Virus record (IMG/VR): IMGVR_UViG_3300017778_002038
Coordinates: 1 to 29,863 of that record
From: a virus
Lineage: Duplodnaviria > Caudoviricetes
Reading direction: 5' to 3' (one strand)
DNA: 29,863 bases
This document shows positions 9,023 through 17,996 of this stretch, piece by piece. The notes below the pieces were generated by a model. It worked only from the letters and a program-made list of their open reading frames with translations, had not been told where the DNA came from and did no database searches. Positions within the stretch are counted from its first letter, which is position 1; every line of letters begins with the position of its first letter. The translations under genes were made by a program, and so were the position numbers.

Positions 9023-11013
9023 TGACCATTAAAGTTTTCTCTATTGATACGCTGCCTGGCGTTCAGCGAGATGGCACCGTGTTTGACATGAATTTTTATG
9101 TTGATGCTGAGTGGGTTCGATTTCAGCGTGGTAGACCTCGCAAGATAGGTGGCTATCGATCGTTGACTAACTTGGCAACAGGCTATTCTCGTGGCATCTA
9201 TGTAAATACAACAAACGGTATTAATCAAATCTTTAACGGCACTTCAAGTGCTTTAGAAGTTTTAGCAATTGACAATACAGGTATTGGTGCAGGCGTTAAC
9301 CAGTTTACTTTGTCTAACTTTACTTCAAGCGTTCTTAATCTGTGGCAGTTTGATTCGCTATTCGATGCAACTGGATCAGGCAATCAGTTATTACTGGCAC
9401 ACCCAGGACAAAACTTAGCAGAAATTAATGCAATTGTGAATACGCCTGTGTTGCAAGGTAACATTAGCAGCACAACAATGTCTTCGATTGGCGTGTTCTC
9501 GATTACAGGGTGCACTAAATCAAGTGGCTCACCAACATTCACTATTCCGTCTGCCGATACACGAATCGGAATTGGTCAAGTAGTAAGTGGCGACGGAATT
9601 GCGTCCAACACTGTTGTGACAAACGTATCTTCAACAACCATCTCAATTTCGCCTAATACAACAAACGCGAACACTGCAACAATCACGTTTGACAATCAGA
9701 TTACTGTATCTGGAGGCGTAGTTGTATTGCACCCATATGTGTTTGTGTATGGCACCAACGGGTTAATTAAGAACTGTGCAGCAGGCGATGTAACTGATTG
9801 GGTTAGTGCCGATTCCAACGAAACTAACGCATCATCTACAAAGATTGTTAAAGGTTTGCCTGTTCGAGGCGGCTCAAACTCGCCGTCAGGTTTGTTTTGG
9901 TCTCTTGATTCTCTTATTCGTGTTTCTTATGCGCCTACAACAATTGGTGCAAGCACATTGTATTGGCGCTATGACGTTATTAGTAGCCAATCATCTATTT
10001 TGTCGTCGTCATCAGTGATTGAGTATGATGGTGTGTATTACTGGGTTGGTGTTGACAGATTCTTGTTGTACAACGGTGTTGTGAAAGAAATTAAAAACAA
10101 CTACAACCAGAACTACTTTTTTGACAACTTAAACTATGCCCAACGACAAAAAGTATGGGCAACAAAAGTGCCGCGGTTTGGCGAGATCTGGTGGTTCTTT
10201 CCGTCAGGCGATTCCGTAGAGTGCAATGATTGCGTGATCTACAACGTTCGAGAAGAAGTCTGGTACGATGCAGGTCAAGCTTTAGGCGCTAATAGATCGG
10301 CAGGATACTTTTCACAAGTGTTCAGTTTTCCGATTAATGCAGGCACTGATCTTTCTACATCAGTAACGCTTTTCAGTGCAGACATTATTACGCAAACAAC
10401 CGCAGTAATTCTTGTGCCTTTGCCTACGCTTTTAAACCCTAATACAAACTTAATTGCATTAGGCCAGTTAGTGACGGCAACAGGTATACCGGCGAATTCA
10501 GTTATTAATGCAATTGCACCAAGCGCTACGCCTGGCTATTGGAATGTGACATTAAGCAATGCAGCAACAGCATCTGCAACTGTTGTAGGTACGTTTAGCA
10601 CGATCGCAGGAAAAGTTACACTTTGGCAGCATGAAATCGGTACTGATGAAGTGAATGGCCCTTCATCAAATGCGATTAATAGTTTCTTTGAAACATCTGA
10701 TCTAGGTTGGGTCCAAGGTGGTCCTGCTCAGCCTTCACTGGTCGGCGACAACAATTGGGTACGTGTTGAGAGAGTTGAACCTGATTTTGTGCAGTCAGGG
10801 ACAATGTCAGTACAAGTCACTGGTAGACCTTATGCACAAGCTGATGATGTTATTTCGGATCCTTACTACTTTGAACCGGACACTCACAAGATAGATATGC
10901 GTGAGCAAAGACGTGAGATTCGTCTTCGGTTTAGTAGTAATGAACAAGGCGGTAACTATCAACTAGGCAGAGTTTTGCTGTCCGTTGACATAGGCGATGT
11001 GAGAGGTTACTAA
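9022..11013 (+). CDS. Putative tail tube/nozzle (DNA stabilisation, P22 gp10/T7 gp12-position) protein
   Basis: 663 aa, PG..RDGT...WVRFQRGRP.KIGG N-terminus, beta-propeller-like aromatic repeats (GVYYWVG..RFLLYNG, FGEIWWFFP), C-terminal R..RLRF.S...GR. Confidence 0.7.
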   Translation: MTIKVFSIDTLPGVQRDGTVFDMNFYVDAEWVRFQRGRPRKIGGYRSLTNLATGYSRGIYVNTTNGINQIFNGTSSALEVLAIDNTGIGAGVNQFTLSNFTSSVLNLWQFDSLFDATGSGNQLLLAHPGQNLAEINAIVNTPVLQGNISSTTMSSIGVFSITGCTKSSGSPTFTIPSADTRIGIGQVVSGDGIASNTVVTNVSSTTISISPNTTNANTATITFDNQITVSGGVVVLHPYVFVYGTNGLIKNCAAGDVTDWVSADSNETNASSTKIVKGLPVRGGSNSPSGLFWSLDSLIRVSYAPTTIGASTLYWRYDVISSQSSILSSSSVIEYDGVYYWVGVDRFLLYNGVVKEIKNNYNQNYFFDNLNYAQRQKVWATKVPRFGEIWWFFPSGDSVECNDCVIYNVREEVWYDAGQALGANRSAGYFSQVFSFPINAGTDLSTSVTLFSADIITQTTAVILVPLPTLLNPNTNLIALGQLVTATGIPANSVINAIAPSATPGYWNVTLSNAATASATVVGTFSTIAGKVTLWQHEIGTDEVNGPSSNAINSFFETSDLGWVQGGPAQPSLVGDNNWVRVERVEPDFVQSGTMSVQVTGRPYAQADDVISDPYYFEPDTHKIDMREQRREIRLRFSSNEQGGNYQLGRVLLSVDIGDVRGY

Positions 11014-11261
11014 TGGCACTTGCAGTTGTTTACGATCCTCGGCATCACACATGGGAGTCATGGACATGTCTTATGTGTGAAGCATATGCAGGTCAACAGC
11101 TTCAGATGCATAGTTTAGAGACTGACTGGAAAAGCTGGGCTGAAGGATTAAAGTCAATTGATGTGTTTTCAAATGAAGCTATTCCAGGTCCGTCGGCTTT
11201 TGCCTCATGGCAAGAGTGGGCGCAACAGCTAGTGAATACCGTTAACCAAGACATAGCATAA
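11013..11261 (+). CDS. Hypothetical Trp-rich phage protein
   Basis: 82 aa, TAATG-coupled to the upstream gene, six Trp residues. Confidence 0.65.
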   Translation: MALAVVYDPRHHTWESWTCLMCEAYAGQQLQMHSLETDWKSWAEGLKSIDVFSNEAIPGPSAFASWQEWAQQLVNTVNQDIA

Positions 11262-11262
11262 C

Positions 11263-11634
11263 ATGACACCAGAAGAAATCTTAGCTGTCGATGTAAAGCG
11301 CAATCCGCAAGGAGGCGATATAAAAGACTTAAGAAGAGCGATAAACTCTTATGCTGAAATAGGCGGTCACCTAGTACAGCAAGGTAACACGCTGATAATG
11401 TTTAGAACTGAGCGAGGAACTACGGCAGATTTTCACTGCTTTAATGCAGACACCCCAGAAAATCTAGTGCAGAACGTAAAGACTTTTTACGAACTTTTAA
11501 GAAAACTGGGGTATACAAAAGCTCAGACGCCTTATGACAACGAAAAAATTAACTCTTTAATTATGCAGACTTCGGATAAAGTAAAGATCACTGAAGGAAA
11601 AGAGTATAAGTTTCTTGCAAAGGTGGTTTTGTAA
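11263..11634 (+). CDS. Hypothetical protein (possible GNAT-like assembly protein)
   Basis: 123 aa alpha/beta pattern; occupies the position between nozzle and ejection proteins where P22 gp14/T7 gp13-type genes lie. Fold is inference. Confidence 0.55.
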   Translation: MTPEEILAVDVKRNPQGGDIKDLRRAINSYAEIGGHLVQQGNTLIMFRTERGTTADFHCFNADTPENLVQNVKTFYELLRKLGYTKAQTPYDNEKINSLIMQTSDKVKITEGKEYKFLAKVVL

Positions 11635-14600
11635 TGGGGTACGTAAAGAAAGTATACAGCAAAGCCTCAAACGCGTTATCCAAAGTCGATGACGAAATTT
11701 TACAGCCTATAAATAAGACCGTAGATACCATAGTACGTGACCCAAAACTTCTAGCCGCTGTGGCTATCTCAATTTACGCCCCTGGTGCGGGTTCAATGAT
11801 CGGAGAGTATATAGGGTTAGGTTCAGGAGCAATTGGTCAAGTAGCAGGTAATACTATTCTAAATACTGCGCTAAATGGCGGCAACACCAAGGCAGGGTTT
11901 ACGTCTGCTTTAATTCCTGTACTCGGTGGGGAAGTTACTCGTACTGTTACTTCACGATTAATGGATCCTTCTACGTTTAACATGAGCAAGGTGCTTGCAA
12001 CATCGCTGGGTTCTATGTCTGGTAGTATGGCGGCTGCCATCATTACAGGTGGCGATGTAAAACAAGCTGCTTTAAGCGGTCTAGCTACTAATATCCCAGC
12101 TATTTTAAGTAAAAATTCAACGTTTGCTTCACTGCCTAAGTCTGTTCAGTCTACACTAGCAGCTGGTGTGTCAGCATCTGTTACTGGAAGAGACGTGAAC
12201 GCAGCAATGTTGTCTGCAGGTATAGCCAGCGCTGATATTCTGGCTAGAGCAGTACAAGGTAACCCAACTTTAGCAGCAGCGTTTGCAGACCCTAAAAATG
12301 GTGCATCTGTAGCTCTAGCGGTTAACGCTGTAAATGCAGGAATAACTGCATCACTACAAGGCAAAGACGTAAGTACTGCTATTCAAGGCAATTTAGTTGG
12401 CACTTCGGCGAAAATGCTAACAAGCACCGCATCTCAAAATCTGCAGATGTACACGTCGAATGCTAAAAAATACTATGATCTCTCAAAAGACAATTTGTCT
12501 AAAATTGATGAGTTATCACAAAAACAAAATGATGCTTATAAAGCTTACAATGAATACAATAAGAATATCGCTGACAGGATCCCTGGGTTAGGCAAAACTG
12601 AGAATGAGATGCTTGCTAAAGCAGGCCAGTACCAAAAACTTTACTCAGAGCATGACGCTCTTGTGTCTTCTCTTAGAGCTGAGCAAGAGGCATACAACAA
12701 AGGCGTAGCTGAAGCACCTAAATTACAAGAGACAGCTAACGAATCGTACAAAAAACTAGACGCTATGCTGTATGAGTATAAAGCACAGCGAGCTATATAT
12801 GACAATCCTGCATGGGGTGCAGACGCAAGAAACGCTGCGGCGAACAAAATAAACGAGATTTCAGATCGGTATGAGACCGAGGAGAAAATATACACTTCGG
12901 CTACTAACAAGCTTAATGAGATAAGCACTGAATATAAAGATGATGCTGAGCGGTTAAAGCAGAATTCGACAAACCCCTTGCTGGCAAAACAATATTTCGA
13001 ATTGCGCGATTTAAAAACAGACGTTGACAAACTTGAAAAAGAGTACCAAGGTAAGATAGATGCGTATAAAAAAGATAGTGGCATCGTCGACGACCGCAGC
13101 TCACTAATTAAAGCCGCAGGTGATGCGTACAATGAGGAACTAGATCGGCTACGAAACGAGGCAGCAACAAACATCGATTTGATGAATGATTATGCCACTA
13201 AAGTACAAGGCTCACAAGATGAACTAACAGAGCTGTCATCTGATTCAGTTAACGAGTTATTAGATAACGAAAAAACACAAGGCGCTTTACCTGTTGACAA
13301 AGGCATTCAAGTAGTGTCGGCGGATGACAAGTTCATGCCTGAAATGAACGTACAAATTTCAGGCACGCCGATCTTTGGTGACGACCCTAGAAGTAAAAAT
13401 GTTGAACCTCCGCCTGGGTATCGTTTAGTTGACTCAAGTGAAGGAACACCTGCATACAATGAAGAGTATGACGCAAACGTTGACCCTGTAAAAGGCACGT
13501 TCTACGACATGGCTCAGAATGCTTGGTTTACAAAAGACAAAACACAAGAAGAAGATCTTGCCAAAATGCGTGACTGGTTGGCAGACTCAAAACCACCTGT
13601 TGGGTTTGGAAGTGTTTTACTTGAAGATGCGCAAAACCCTGACATTGAAGAAGCTGAGTCGCCGCTAACCAGTAGCCCTGAACTTGATCGTGCTGACGAA
13701 GGTGATGAAGATCTTTACAATGAGCTTGCACAACAAGACACGGCTGCAACTTCTGGAACATTGCCTACGATAGCTGATCGTGTTACACCGCGGACGCCGT
13801 TGCAAGTAGACAATGACCCTACAAACAGTGATTCATCCGGTTACTACACACCTGTAAATAACGATTCATCCGGTTACTACACACCTGTAAATAACGATTC
13901 ATCCGGTTACTACACACCTGTAAATGACGATTCATCCGGTTACTACAAATCACCGCTAACCAATAGCCCTGAACTTGATCGTGCTGACGAAGGTGATGAA
14001 GATCTTTACAACGGGCTTGGTGTGACTATTAAAAGTGAAAACCAAGCTTTTGGGCCTGGCATGTCGGAAGAAGACTTCATTAATAGTGAAGAAGAAGGCG
14101 ACATTACTTTTGAAGATTATGAAAGAGCAGGTGAAAAATACACCGAACCTACACAAACAACTAAGCCGCCTTTGTCTGTAAACGAAAAAGGCTTCATGAC
14201 TGAGCAAGATTTTATTGACAGTGAAGAAGAAGGCGATATTACATTTGAAGATTATGAAAGAGCAGCTGAGAGATACACGAACGATAGTTCGAGTGGCTCT
14301 ACTAAGACAGGCATATCTGTTCCGATTAAAACATCTACTGGTTCGTCAAGTGCGCTTAAACCGTCTACTACAATGTCGCCTACGCCTAGCGTTCCAGTTG
14401 TGCCATCAGAATCGTCTGACCCAGGTTCAAAAATTGCAGGTGGCACAACTTCAGTGGCTGCTGCCTTACCTGTTGCGCCGCAAGCTAACATGCTAGCAGC
14501 TGCACCGCTTATTGAAGCACAATCAGGCCTACAACAGCTTACACAGCTTTACCCACAGTTGGCAAATGTTCGACCTGACATTTTAAGCATGCTGTCAGGT

Positions 14601-15095
14601 GGTGGCCCATCTAAGTCGTCATATTACACGTATGGTGGCTCAAACATGTCAACGCCTTTAATGAATACCAGCATTTCAGGCGGGCCTAGTTCCAATTCGC
14701 CATTACGAAATATTGGTTCTGTGTCAACCGACCCAACAGGCTTTCAGTCATTTAACCCTTCAGGTAGTCTAACTCAGCAAGGTCTAGGTATGATCGGCTA
14801 TAAGAAGGGCGGTCCTGTTTCACAGCATGTGCCTGAATTCATTACAGGTGAAACAGGGTACTATGTCCGAGGCAAAGGCGATGGGCAGTCAGACGACATT
14901 CCAGCAATGTTGGCGGATGGTGAATATGTGTTCGATGCAGATGTAGTTGCTGCATTAGGCAACGGTTCAAATGAAGCAGGCGCAGAAGTCCTTGACAAAA
15001 TGCGTAAAGCAATTCGTAAGCATAAGCGATCGGCGCCCATTGGAAAGATTCCGCCTAAGGCAAAGTCACCACTTGAATATTTGAAGGAAGCTTAA
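11634..15095 (+). CDS. Large putative internal virion/ejection protein
   Basis: 1153 aa: Gly/Ala hydrophobic N-terminal region, coiled coil, acidic repeat region, Ser/Pro linker, and C-terminal GGPV...VRGKGDGQSDDIPAMLADGEYVFDADVV motif also seen in phage tape-measure/ejection proteins. Confidence 0.7.
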   Translation: MGYVKKVYSKASNALSKVDDEILQPINKTVDTIVRDPKLLAAVAISIYAPGAGSMIGEYIGLGSGAIGQVAGNTILNTALNGGNTKAGFTSALIPVLGGEVTRTVTSRLMDPSTFNMSKVLATSLGSMSGSMAAAIITGGDVKQAALSGLATNIPAILSKNSTFASLPKSVQSTLAAGVSASVTGRDVNAAMLSAGIASADILARAVQGNPTLAAAFADPKNGASVALAVNAVNAGITASLQGKDVSTAIQGNLVGTSAKMLTSTASQNLQMYTSNAKKYYDLSKDNLSKIDELSQKQNDAYKAYNEYNKNIADRIPGLGKTENEMLAKAGQYQKLYSEHDALVSSLRAEQEAYNKGVAEAPKLQETANESYKKLDAMLYEYKAQRAIYDNPAWGADARNAAANKINEISDRYETEEKIYTSATNKLNEISTEYKDDAERLKQNSTNPLLAKQYFELRDLKTDVDKLEKEYQGKIDAYKKDSGIVDDRSSLIKAAGDAYNEELDRLRNEAATNIDLMNDYATKVQGSQDELTELSSDSVNELLDNEKTQGALPVDKGIQVVSADDKFMPEMNVQISGTPIFGDDPRSKNVEPPPGYRLVDSSEGTPAYNEEYDANVDPVKGTFYDMAQNAWFTKDKTQEEDLAKMRDWLADSKPPVGFGSVLLEDAQNPDIEEAESPLTSSPELDRADEGDEDLYNELAQQDTAATSGTLPTIADRVTPRTPLQVDNDPTNSDSSGYYTPVNNDSSGYYTPVNNDSSGYYTPVNDDSSGYYKSPLTNSPELDRADEGDEDLYNGLGVTIKSENQAFGPGMSEEDFINSEEEGDITFEDYERAGEKYTEPTQTTKPPLSVNEKGFMTEQDFIDSEEEGDITFEDYERAAERYTNDSSSGSTKTGISVPIKTSTGSSSALKPSTTMSPTPSVPVVPSESSDPGSKIAGGTTSVAAALPVAPQANMLAAAPLIEAQSGLQQLTQLYPQLANVRPDILSMLSGGGPSKSSYYTYGGSNMSTPLMNTSISGGPSSNSPLRNIGSVSTDPTGFQSFNPSGSLTQQGLGMIGYKKGGPVSQHVPEFITGETGYYVRGKGDGQSDDIPAMLADGEYVFDADVVAALGNGSNEAGAEVLDKMRKAIRKHKRSAPIGKIPPKAKSPLEYLKEA
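13659..14011 (+). repeat. 62-bp direct repeat pair (13659-13720, 13950-14011), SPLT(S/N)SPELDRADEGDEDLYN
   Basis: Two near-identical copies (two mismatches) bracketing the tandem array. Confidence 0.9.
13830..13947 (+). repeat. In-frame 33-bp tandem repeat, about 3.6 copies (DSSGYYTPVNN)
   Basis: gattcatccggttactacacacctgtaaataac units start at 13830, 13863, 13896 and 13929 (partial). Confidence 0.95.
14061..14265 (+). repeat. About 70-bp degenerate direct repeat pair (14061-14130, 14196-14265), MxExDFIxSEEEGDITFEDYERA
   Basis: The peptide is nearly identical in both copies, with several synonymous nucleotide differences. Confidence 0.9.
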
Positions 15096-15097
15096 TC

Positions 15098-16210
15098 ATG
15101 TCATTAACGCAAGGTTCACCGTTACCAGATGTAAACACCAAACAAACTCAGACGACAACAGCTCCGAGTTGGTATACTGACTATCTTAGTGATCTGTCAA
15201 AGAACGTTAGCACACAAACGACAGGACCTGGTGCTGCTCAGTATGTAGGCGCACAACCACTCCAAAACCAAGCATTTACTGCAGCAGGTGCACTGCCTGG
15301 AACACGTCAGCCGACTCTACAGTCCGGCATTGATATGACAAATCAAGTTGGCACTACAGATGTTGCCAAACGAGCCGGCGAGTTTATGAACCCATATACG
15401 ACACAAGTCGTAGATGCATTAGGACAGCTTGGTCAACGTAACATTCAACAGTTCTTGGCACCACAAGCCACGTCAGCTGCTGTAGGCTCTGGTCAGTTTG
15501 GTTCAAAACGAGGTGCTGAAGCGCTAGGTAGTGCGATTAATACAGGACTTCAGAATCTTAATGCAACACAAGCGCAAGCATTACAAACAGGCTACACACA
15601 ATCTCTTCAAGCGGCACAAGCAGATCAGCAAAACAGGCTGGCTGCAGGCTCTCAAATGGGTGCACTGGCACAACAAGGTCAAGGGATGGACTTGGCAGAC
15701 ATTAATGCGTTGGCTACCATGGGCGGACAACAGCAAACAATTAAGCAGAATGAAGAGCTTTTTCCACTGCAAACGTTAAACCAAGGCGCACAAGCACTTC
15801 GTGGCTATAGCATTCCAACCAACGTAACTTCAGACTACAAAGGGCCACTCCCTGGCGCATATGCATCGTCACCGTTACAACAAATTGCAGGGCTAGGCGC
15901 AGTGGTTGCAGGCGCTAGTGGTACAAACTTTGGCAAGTACATTGGTGACAAGATTAGCGGTTGGTTAGGCACCCCTGGAAAAACAGTAGGACTTAATACA
16001 GGCCAAGTTAGTGGTGGTTCAACAACAGGCGGTTCAAACCCTGGTAATAGCTTCGGCGGTGGCAACTACTTTGATGAACTTGGCAATGAGTATACATCCG
16101 GTGGCACTCCTATTTATGACAATTCAGGCCAAGGCGATGTATACGACAACTACTTTGACGAACTTGGCAATGAATTCACACCAGATGGCACGCCAATCTA
16201 TGACAACTAA
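15098..16210 (+). CDS. Putative internal virion/DNA-ejection protein
   Basis: 370 aa Gln/Gly/Ala-rich; T.T..P.W, FMNPYT.QVVD, GQFGS.R and SPLQQIAGLG motifs typical of podophage pilot/ejection proteins. Confidence 0.7.
   Translation: MSLTQGSPLPDVNTKQTQTTTAPSWYTDYLSDLSKNVSTQTTGPGAAQYVGAQPLQNQAFTAAGALPGTRQPTLQSGIDMTNQVGTTDVAKRAGEFMNPYTTQVVDALGQLGQRNIQQFLAPQATSAAVGSGQFGSKRGAEALGSAINTGLQNLNATQAQALQTGYTQSLQAAQADQQNRLAAGSQMGALAQQGQGMDLADINALATMGGQQQTIKQNEELFPLQTLNQGAQALRGYSIPTNVTSDYKGPLPGAYASSPLQQIAGLGAVVAGASGTNFGKYIGDKISGWLGTPGKTVGLNTGQVSGGSTTGGSNPGNSFGGGNYFDELGNEYTSGGTPIYDNSGQGDVYDNYFDELGNEFTPDGTPIYDN
16064..16207 (+). repeat. 60-bp direct repeat pair (16064-16123, 16148-16207), NYFDELGNExTxxGTPIYDN
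   Basis: Duplicated C-terminal peptide visible in both protein and DNA. Confidence 0.9.
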
Positions 16211-16222
16211 TCGGAGATAAAA

Positions 16223-17989
16223 ATGGCATTACCTACAACAGTAGTTCCGCCTGCGCCTGCCATGTTAGGCGCAGGTGAAGACAGAGCAAAACAAGAATAC
16301 TTTGCAGCGCTTCAGAAAACACTGTCTGCGCTTGAAGCACGAGCCAATCAAGGCACAAACTGGTGGCAAGTTGCAGGTGCATTGTTAAACCCTGGAAAGA
16401 CAGGCAGTCTTGGTGAATCACTTGGTAATGTTGCCAATGTGATGGGTGAACAGCAACAACGACAGCTTGATCAACAAATACCTATTGCACAAGCTCGTGC
16501 ACAAATTGCAGGACAAAAATACGAGATTGAGAGCCAAAGCAAAGCAATACAACTGCTATCTCAAGCAATTGGCGTTCCTCCACAAGTAGTGGCTCAGCAA
16601 CTATCTGACGGATCACTTTCACCTCAAGCTGTTGCAAATATTCCGCCGGCAGTGTACGCACAAATTGCAACTTTATCGCCTAAGGTTGGTGAAGTTGTGA
16701 AGAACATTGCTGATATGTCAAACAAGAATGCAAATTTAAATCTTGATCAGCGAAAATTTGACGAGACAAAGATACAGAACAAAATTGGAAATGCTCGTGA
16801 AGACCTTAAGTCAGGCATAAGCATAGCGGAACTGGTTGCTAAGTATGGTCAAGACATTGTAGGACTAATTTACACTAACAAGCCTGCATCTTCTGCAGGT
16901 GCAATGCCACCACCTGCTATTGGTGCAATGCCACCACCTGTTGCGCCACCTGCTATTGGTGCAATGCCACCGCCTGTTGCGCCACCTGTTGAACCACCAC
17001 CTGCTGCGCTACCTGTTGCGTCAAATAACCCAGGTACTTTTGGGGATCCTTCGGGGATGCCATCTGCAGTTCCTAGTGCTCTAGGGATGCCTGGACCATC
17101 GCCAAAGCCGATGCCTATTACACCACCTCCTGCAGCAGCACCACCAGCAGCAGTACCAGCGGCACCTCCAAAGTTAAGCATGACGCCACCTGCAAAACTG
17201 CCCTTAGACCAACAGCCTACCATAGCACCAAGCAAAAGTGCTTTGTACGGCAAGAATTCACAGCTTGGTGCCCCGCCTGATGTTGCCGGCGTTGTTAATG
17301 CAATTGACGATTTGTCTGGGTTGCCTTTGGCTACACAAGCTGAAGTTAAGAAGAAGAGACTGGAAGAAGGTGACAAAGTATGGCAAACCAAACGTGACGA
17401 GATCTTTTCGTACACGCCACAAACGCTACAAGGGTCAAACACTAATCTTCGACAGTTGGACTACTATGCAACTAAGTTCCCCAATATTTTTGCATTAATG
17501 CAACAGCAAGGAACGATTGCAGCTTTGCAACAAGCGGCACAAGACGGTATTACATTACAAGCAGGTCAGTTTAATGCACGTGTCGGCTTAAATGTTCGTG
17601 ACTTCTTACAAAAAGTAAAGCTTAATCCGAACGAGCAGCAAGCGGCTAGAGATGTTGGTCGAATTCTTGGTTCTGAATTCTTGAACAACTTGAAAACACA
17701 GCGTGGACTGCTAGGTGTTAACCCAACAGACAATGATGCTCGTTTGTTGCAAGCGCCTATGGCAAATATCGATGATTCATCCAAGGCAATGCAGTTATGG
17801 GCACGAAACCAACTGTTGCTGAACAAACAGCGTGAAGCTTTGTACGGTGGCTTACAAAAATATAGTCAACAAATAGGCCCAACTAGTTCGCCTGGTTCGT
17901 TCTTCAGACCAGGCAGCATTTACGAGAAGATCAACAATGACTATGCCAACTACCGCATGCAGTTGTTTAATCAATTCAACCCTAAATAG
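16223..17989 (+). CDS. Putative internal virion/ejection protein with Pro-rich linker
   Basis: 588 aa, GGAG SD at 16213-16216, helical Gln-rich ends, central Pro/Ala tract, GVNPTDNDARLL motif. Confidence 0.7.
   Translation: MALPTTVVPPAPAMLGAGEDRAKQEYFAALQKTLSALEARANQGTNWWQVAGALLNPGKTGSLGESLGNVANVMGEQQQRQLDQQIPIAQARAQIAGQKYEIESQSKAIQLLSQAIGVPPQVVAQQLSDGSLSPQAVANIPPAVYAQIATLSPKVGEVVKNIADMSNKNANLNLDQRKFDETKIQNKIGNAREDLKSGISIAELVAKYGQDIVGLIYTNKPASSAGAMPPPAIGAMPPPVAPPAIGAMPPPVAPPVEPPPAALPVASNNPGTFGDPSGMPSAVPSALGMPGPSPKPMPITPPPAAAPPAAVPAAPPKLSMTPPAKLPLDQQPTIAPSKSALYGKNSQLGAPPDVAGVVNAIDDLSGLPLATQAEVKKKRLEEGDKVWQTKRDEIFSYTPQTLQGSNTNLRQLDYYATKFPNIFALMQQQGTIAALQQAAQDGITLQAGQFNARVGLNVRDFLQKVKLNPNEQQAARDVGRILGSEFLNNLKTQRGLLGVNPTDNDARLLQAPMANIDDSSKAMQLWARNQLLLNKQREALYGGLQKYSQQIGPTSSPGSFFRPGSIYEKINNDYANYRMQLFNQFNPK
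16898..16993 (+). repeat. Imperfect in-frame tandem repeat encoding GAMPPP(V)A(PP)
   Basis: ggtgcaatgccacc occurs three times, with internal gccacctg units. Confidence 0.85.
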
Positions 17990-17996
17990 GTGATAC

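Noticed and set aside
13830-13947. 33-bp repeats as a CRISPR array
   Set aside because: The units are head-to-tail with no spacers, in frame within a CDS, and there are no cas genes.
12641-17442. Long antisense ORFs (e.g. 12641-13174, 16870-17442) and the other shadow ORFs in the track
   Set aside because: They lie wholly opposite well-supported genes with biased composition and have no motifs or SD support.
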